DNA of 64,000 nt from NCBI GenBank assembly GCA_965112155.1, contig OZ218105.1; one strand, 5' to 3'. The notes beneath the pieces are model-generated. The model did no database searches, was not told the DNA's origin, and worked only from the letters and a program-made list of their open reading frames with translations. The translations under genes and the position numbers were made by a program. The DNA comes from Podarcis liolepis. Lineage: Eukaryota. Positions 56,930 through 64,000 of this stretch are shown here, piece by piece (the stretch's first letter is position 1; every line of letters begins with the position of its first letter).

Positions 56930-57000
56930 AGGATTCCTGCATTGCAGAAGGTTGGACTAGATAACCCTTGGGGTCCCTGCCAACTCTATGATTCTATGAA
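56930..57000 (+). mobile_element. CR1-type 3' tail (LINE or SINE remnant)
   Basis: GGTTGGACTAGAT.ACCCT..GGGTCCCT.CCAACTCTATGATTCTATGA, the CR1 terminal octamer-repeat end. Confidence 0.75.
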
Positions 57001-57107
57001 TGGTAAGCAACCTCTTGTTAATTTGGCCAATAACTGCATGCTTGAAATGAACAGTTTTTCAAGATCCCATGAATGCTTTCAGCTATAACACCTCCTTCAG
57101 AACAACA

Positions 57108-57109
<2 letters not shown>

Positions 57110-57159
<50 letters not shown>

Positions 57160-57499
57160 TTTATTTATTATTTATACCCCACCCATCTGGCTGGGCTTCC
57201 CCAGCCACTCTGGGCGGCTTCCAAAAGAATATTAAAATACTATAATACATCAAACATTAAAAGCTTCCCGAAACAGGGCTGCCTTCAGATGTCTTCTAAA
57301 AGCCTGGTAGTTGTTGTTCTCTTTGACATCTGATGGGAGGGGGTTCCACAGGGAAGGCGCCACTACCGAGAAGGCCCTCTGCCTGGTTCCCTGTAACTTT
57401 GCTTCTCACAGTGAGGGAACCGCCAGAAGGCCCTCGGTGCTGGACCTCAGTGTCCGGGTAGAACGATGGGGGTGGAGACGCTCCTTCAGATATACTGGA
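57110..57499 (-). mobile_element. L2 LINE 3' end with a (TAA)n microsatellite tail
   Basis: Minus-strand translation ...RTLRSSTEGLLAVP...RQRAFSVVAPSLWNPLP...AFRRHLKAALF is the L2 ORF2 C-terminus; (TAA)~15 at about 57109-57155. Confidence 0.85.
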
Positions 57500-60400
57500 A
57501 AATAATCACTTTGTAGCAAGCTATTTATTTATAATAGCTCTCAGGTCCAGGGCCATATTCTCGAGCTAGTTTTTGCTAGTAGTGTTTGCATAGGGGGTCA
57601 AAAGTGCAGTAATTTACACTTCTCTGAGCATTCTATTCCCACGATCAGGCAATACAGCTGAAACTGCTCCAAGCAACTATGACAAGCAAACCAGGAAATG
57701 ATGACAGTTTAGACACTAGCCCTATTAAGGCATTGAAAAAAATGCATGAGGACCTAAACTGGGAAAGAGGAGTTGGGTGCATGTATGCTCACAACACTTC
57801 CAACTCTCATTCACTGAGCAAGAAGCTCTGAAGGAGGAAGAGATCAGAAACCCTGTGTTATCAAGGAATGTTGACTGTGAGGAGAATTGTAAGTATGTTC
57901 AATTATGTGTGTTTGCAAACACGCACAGGCACAGCTCCCTTGCAGAGGCTTTTGTTAGTGGGGCCCTTTGGTTGTCTCTGACCCTTACATGTTGAAGGTA
58001 TCTGCTTTTTCAGTTCCTTTCATCTCTGCTGCTGCCATTTCATTCTAAATAAATGTTCCTTTATTCACCCATTAGCGCACAGCAGCTGGGTTTAGGCTAT
58101 GGGATGAACAGATCAGATGAAGAACTGCATAGACCACCCTACACCAGAAGGCCACCAAGTGGTGTGCGGGATAATAAACAGCGTAGCAACCATGCAACAC
58201 AAATGCTTAAAAGCAATAACCTCAACATAGCTCATAATAAAGAAGCAGTATGGAACTGTTCACAAATTTACATGTGACAAGGAAATCACTGGGCCAAAAG
58301 AAGGACTTGATAAGAGAGAATTGAGTCAGCCATTGCCAAACTCCACCTCCGTCCACTCCCATTTTGTTACTTGTTCCACTCCTGCACCACTATTTTGTGG
58401 TTGGCTTCAGTCATTTTCAGCCCATACAAGTGGCTATGGAGGTAGGCAGTTGAAGACCCCTCAGCATAGCTTGCATAAAAGGCTGGAGCAATTCTGTGCT
58501 TTATGAAGGCTGTAAGCAGGGTATACATGTCCAGGTAGACACTAGCATGCTGTTGTTAGTATAGTTAGGTATAGTAATATAGGTTAGAAATGACTGTCAG
58601 AATCTGCCTTATTATATAAAACACAAAAAACATAGATGTGCCACATAGCTTATTGTCTGCAGAACACTTTCATAGTATTTGGAATATGTCTTGCTATTAA
58701 TGTATATATGTAACACTTTTAGGGACCCGAGTTGTTTTACCGGTGCTGTTTGTGTTCCAGAGATTCACAGCTAAAACAGTGGTCAGAATACTGGGCTCTT
58801 TTTGCTTTTCATCTGGATGGGAGCCTGTTTTAATTACTGTTGTGGATGGAACTGATGGCTATTAGTGGCTCTCCTTCAGGTTACAGACCTGTGCTGTTTT
58901 CCGACGTCCCAATCCAGGGATGGCCAGAAGATAAATCAGGATCTACTGGTAGATCTTGGAGTGGTTTTCAGTAGCAGCAATAAAAAAGACACGTCCTCAA
59001 AAAAGAAAGAAAAAAGATTACACTGCTGAAACAAAGAAAGCTTGGAGGAAAATTAAGTGTGTATTTATGCAGGCAGTGACTAAGAGATCCGTTCTGTTCC
59101 TAAAAACAAATTCCTGGTGCAAGCATCAAAGATGGTTCTTAATTCTAAGTGTACAGAAGTCCGTCCCCCCACCCCCACCCCGCTGTCACAGTGCCATCAT
59201 TCTGTGTCTGGCTCTGGTTGGTGGGTCGCAAGGTTCAAGTCAAAAACAAAGTATAATTATTAAGCCTGAAGTTGGCCCTCTCCTCAAGGTCCTTTGCCAC
59301 CTGTGTAAACCTGATCTCCATCTGGCAAAAACTGTAAGGTGGCTGGAAAGCCAAAGAAAGGAGAAAATTGTGCTTCAGAATATGCTTTTGAAACAAGTCT
59401 TCAAACTTTATTGTGTTCGTTTTTTAAAAAATCCAAATTGAAATGCTAAGGAGCGCACTGTGTCTTCAATAAACAATTGCTTCATTAGGTAAGTAATTAT
59501 AATAAAATAGTCCTCTCCAATGCAGAAAAAACAGCAGGGGGTTAAACTAGTCCCTTTCTTTTCTTACCTTCATTTCCAATTTCCACCAGACTAGCGGTAG
59601 GTAATACTCATCCTGCATAGAGTTCTGTTTCATTGTGAGCATTCTGTCACTAGTCAGAGCTGTCAGGTATGTCAGTCATGGAGTATTGTGGCTGTGTCAG
59701 AGACATAAACAGAGAGATTAGATGGCTACAAAGAGCTGTGAATGAGGGAGTAAATTGCGTTCAGGAGGGGGGGAAAAGTTAAAGAAACTGTTTTATCAAA
59801 AGGTCTGTTCAGGAGGTTACTGCTAATATATTACAGCTGGAACAAGATAATTGTGGAGATCTTTGGGTGTTCTCTGCAAAATGCTGCATACTTGCAATAA
59901 ATATTCAAATGCTTATTTTGCGTTGCGAGTGCCAGATAACCCATTCAAAGTGAAATACAATTCTTTTCAGAACATTTAAAATCTACTGCCAGGAAATGTT
60001 AGGAACAGTTTTATAAGCCCACAAGGAATATTTGTGCTAAATGGAGTCGCAAAAATACGTTTTCACAAAAGTTTCCTTGGAAAATCCATTCAAGCCTTAA
60101 ATGGCTCTGCAGTGAGAAATATCTAGTAGCAAATTCAGTTGGGTCAAATTCTCAGCACTGTTTCCTCTGACCAAACAGGATGCCTTGTGGGGTTAGGAAC
60201 ACTGCATACACAGAATGGAATTATTAAGGCCTTGTCACTATGCAGAGCCTATCAAGTTTTCCTTTGTAGTTTAGCAGCTAATCACCCGTCACTCCATTTA
60301 CCAAAAGGAAATATTCCATTTGCTTGTATGCAGTTTGATAAAGGATTTAGTTCACTACCTTTGGATTCCTGGTATTGGATGAAGGAACAACCGATGCCGA

Positions 60401-60822
60401 CTTTTCTGTTGAAAATTCCCACGAACTTAACTGGAAAGGCATTGCAATGCATAATGCAGATGAACTCAAACCATTTTCTTTTGCCAGTACTAATAAAGCA
60501 AGCAGATGCTATACTCTCTCTATTCTAGGGAGTTTAGCAGCAGTGGATACTTTCCGCACTCCCTTCCAGGTATACTCTTGTTTTCTTTAAACATTACTTT
60601 CAGTCATGTCAGAGCAACTTACACATAAGTGAATCACACGCAACTGGTGGTTGAATCTGAAGTCACATCCACACTGTACATTTAAAGCACAGTTAGCACA
60701 CATTTAAAGCACATGGCTCCCCCCAAATAATCTTGGGAACTGTAGTTTACAATTTCCAGTACCCTTAACAAAATACAGTTACCAGGATTTGGGGTGTGTG
60801 TATGTCAAAACGTATGCTGTGG

Positions 60823-61380
60823 GTGTAACCATTGTTGGCATCCACTTGTCTCAAGACAATGGAGTTCGCCTCTGGGGGTGAAGTCAAACTACTGCGATAG
60901 CAACACCTAAGTGACCTCCCTGGGGCGTAAGCCTGGGCGGTGTATATGGAGATTCCGGGCTGCCCAGACAACAAGTGCCCCCTCTCAGCCTCACTGATGT
61001 GGTCCAAAGGAAAGTTTGGCACCAGCTTGGCTGCAGGAGTTGGCAGAAGGAGGTGTACAAGGCGCCATCCAACCATCTTAGGGACTTCTCTCTGGATTTG
61101 TGTAGGTTTACTCCTTAGCCTTTTCTTCTCCCATGATATTCTGCAAGGCAGTGGAAGTTTAAGATCAGAGTTTTCCTTCTCATAGTTGGGCTATCTTCCC
61201 AGGTTGACAGGCCCCACTCACTCCTCACTTCCCTCTACAGCACATGCAGAAACTGCTTTCTTGACCATTTGACCCACTATTGGTCTCATTTGAATCTGCC
61301 TGAGCTTCACAAGCAGGGGAAGGCCCTAACTCACCAAGGATTGAAGACACATCTCACCTGGTTTAGCCTGTCAGTCAAAT
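60823..61380. mobile_element. Probable RTE-clade retroposon fragment
   Basis: Contains GTTTTCCTTCTC.TAG.TGGGCT..CTTCCCAGG.TGAC, recalled from squamate RTE elements; boundaries approximate. Confidence 0.45.
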
Positions 61381-63760
61381 GTGCATGGTATACATTGCAA
61401 ATGCTGATGCAGTTGACACTATATTAATAACAGACCCATTTAATCAGAATTTCCCACATGGTTGGGCTCTTCAGTTCTGCCCCCCCCCTGCAGTATTGTG
61501 GGATAAGCATACAGGTAAGTGGCTCACAGGTTGTTGGGAAAATGCTTAAAGTGCAACTATGCATACCAGACAGCTGTAAGATGGAGCCACACATAACAAC
61601 TAACAGAAACTGTTAGTTCTTGTGTAACCTTAGACAAATCTATTTGCATGGGCTATTAATTTGCATGGGCTTGGCAACAGACTCAGTACTCGGGAGTTTT
61701 TAAAGATGAGGTGTGGTGCAGTCAATTGTGGGACCAGGACCGACCCACCCATGAGGCAAGCTGAGGCAACCAGGGCCTGAGAGGTATGAAACTACCTATG
61801 AAATTATGAACCAGATTCCAAGTAAATAGGACCCTCCACCGCCACGCAAGGGCAGCAGATTGGGCTTCGCAGGAATGGTGACAGCAATAGCTGTGGTGGT
61901 GTCTCCTTGGCAGGCCCTACCCCTGTGCCATTTCTACAGTGGCCTCTTGGCAAATAGAAGGTGCTGTTGGTCTTCCCTACCCCCTTGTTTCTGATGTAAA
62001 GTTTCCCTGGCCCCAGCGGGGGGAGGTGGGAGGCACCATTTTGTGGTTTGCTTCAAGTGCCAAAATGTATTGGGCCAGCCCTGCATGGGATTCTTGCACC
62101 TTGTGCGATGATCGTAATTGCAAATGTGTGCTGTCCGGGCAGGTGGGTCCGGATCCATCTGTTAAGGCGGCACCTAGTTCTATATTATAAGAATGCACCC
62201 TCCTGTGCAGGCTGCTGTTCAGTCACTGCTGCCTCCTGTTTAGCTTCTCACCTCTGCTTCTTCCTCCTTTGTCAGAGCCTGCCAACACAAGACAGTGCTG
62301 CATCCTCCTGAAGGTGGGGGATTGCGAGGCAGTTAACCCCAGCAGCATATCTAAACCAAGACGTTGAGGAACGTTAAGGTGGTGGGTGGAAGCCTTATTT
62401 CTGAGCTAAATGCATTGGAACACATTAGCCCAAGTGTACTACATTGTATTTGAGGCATTCAAGGAATTTCCCTTTGGTGGTGGAGGATACGATTTACTTG
62501 TAATCTGGTTCATAATTTCATAGGTAGTTTCATACTTCTCAGGCCCTGGATTCACAAGCAGTATAAACTAAGTCCTCCGTTCCAGCCGACCTCTGCAGAT
62601 CAGCACCTTTTCATTCTTACCCCCTCTGCCCATTAGGCTTGCAGTCATCAGAGCAAAACACAAGAGCAGAGTGTGCCAGCGATTAATGTAAAAATCAATG
62701 GCAGGATTTCACACACAGCTCTCTTTGGTTATTGTAATGATTGGCAGCCGGAATGTTGTAGAGCTGGTCCTGGTGGGCACTGTATTAGCTTTCTCAAAGG
62801 CAAAAATTGACGTCTCATTGTAAAGTCTGTGAAGGTTTCTAAGACCAGCGAGGCATCATTTCTTGGCTTGGCACCACTTGATGTGAATTAAAATTCATGC
62901 TATTTCCCCCCCCAGTGGTTTTCCTCCTTTTTCTGAAGGGTATTGTGAAATATATTAGTCCGATATGATTGGAAAAACACACATGTGGGCAAACTAGGAT
63001 CCAGCATACCTTTGGGACTCAATAATAAATAGCAAATCCACCTCTTTTTCACTATTGATTCCGTACAGAACTTTTGGAGAAATTTCATGTGTCAGGCTTC
63101 AATTTCATATATTTTCACCACAATGCATTATGAGGCTTTTAAAGCTGCCTTTGTTGTTGTTTCAAATTGGCTACACCCCCCCCCCGTTTTTAGCTCCTGG
63201 TGACGAGAGCCATTTGAACTTCAAAACCACCCACGCTTTCAATGAAGCAGTGTGAACCCGCTTCAAAATTCCTCCAAGTTTTCCAAGCTTTTATGCTCTC
63301 ATATGGTTTGCAGACAAAAGCCCACAGGAGTTCCCATTTAGCCACCTAATAGCTAAAAGACAAAGGGGGGGAGAAAAAAAGTTTTAAACTGAAGTGCCCT
63401 CTTACAAGTGCATTAAAACCCATTTTGTTTGCTCTCCACTTCCAAAATGCCTCAGGCCAGTCTAAGATGCCATGTTAGCAAATGACTCACATGGGAACAG
63501 GGAAGAAACAGACCCTACTGCTAATTCTTGCCTTACAGTTATAGAGCTACACAATGGAGCTACTTTACCCAAACCAAAATCCAGCATTTTGATGACATGA
63601 ATCATACGGAGAAAAATAATCCAAATCCTTCAACCTCTCAAAGCAGGTTTGACAAATGCTTGTCAATTACACAGTAAGAAATTTAGGATTTGAAGAATCC
63701 TAAGAACTCAGCTGGCAACCAGTAGATCAACTGCAGCCTGTAGACAAGATGGTAGTTATA

Positions 63761-63908
63761 GCCACACCATGCATATTTAAAACACATGGCTTCCCCCAAA
63801 TAATCATAGGAATTGAGATTTGTTAAGGGTGCTGGGAATTATAGCTCTGTGAGGATTCTTTGAAGGGAGACACGTGTTTTAAATGTGCATTAAATATATA
63901 GTGCAGAT
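63761..63908. mobile_element. Palindromic MITE-like interspersed repeat (second partial copy at about 60665-60800)
   Basis: ATTTAAAACACATG.CTTCCC...GGGA.ACACGTGTTTTAAAT inverted arms; TTTAAA.CACATGGCT.CCCCCAAATAATC is shared with 60703-60732. Confidence 0.55.
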
Positions 63909-64000
63909 TTTCATTACCCTGGAAATGCTGCTGCCACACTCCTTTATTTCCTACACAACTTCTTAAATTCAGAAAACTTAAATAGATAATTCAATTAGGT

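Noticed and set aside
58956-60528. 161-aa and 129-aa intergenic ORFs as a new gene
   Set aside because: Non-ATG starts, no splice-consistent structure and no recognisable domains.

Overview
Squamate (probably lacertid lizard, judged from its Sauria SINE content) genomic DNA syntenic with human 18p11.21. The + strand carries the last exons of SEH1L, including both alternative terminal acceptors (short 'RKHS*' and long '[16 protein letters not shown]...EGV*' isoforms). About 1.3 kb later come a CpG-island promoter and an apparently complete CEP192 gene. I traced 46 coding exons by hand (8980..56304; all GT-AG, phases consistent; 7401 nt, about 2466 aa). The last ~7.5 kb is intergenic. The introns hold Sauria SINEs, Tc1/mariner and hAT MITEs, and CR1, L2 and RTE fragments. 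The most unusual object is a young 1424-bp hAT element (33299..34722, perfect 15-bp TIRs, perfect 8-bp TSD). Its cargo looks like a captured host CpG-island promoter: two divergent ZNF143/THAP11-type motifs, a Kozak ATG first exon ending in a splice donor antisense to CEP192, and a GC-shifted SINE. It is therefore a candidate Pack-TIR. Family and orthologue names come from recalled sequence similarity, not from database searches.
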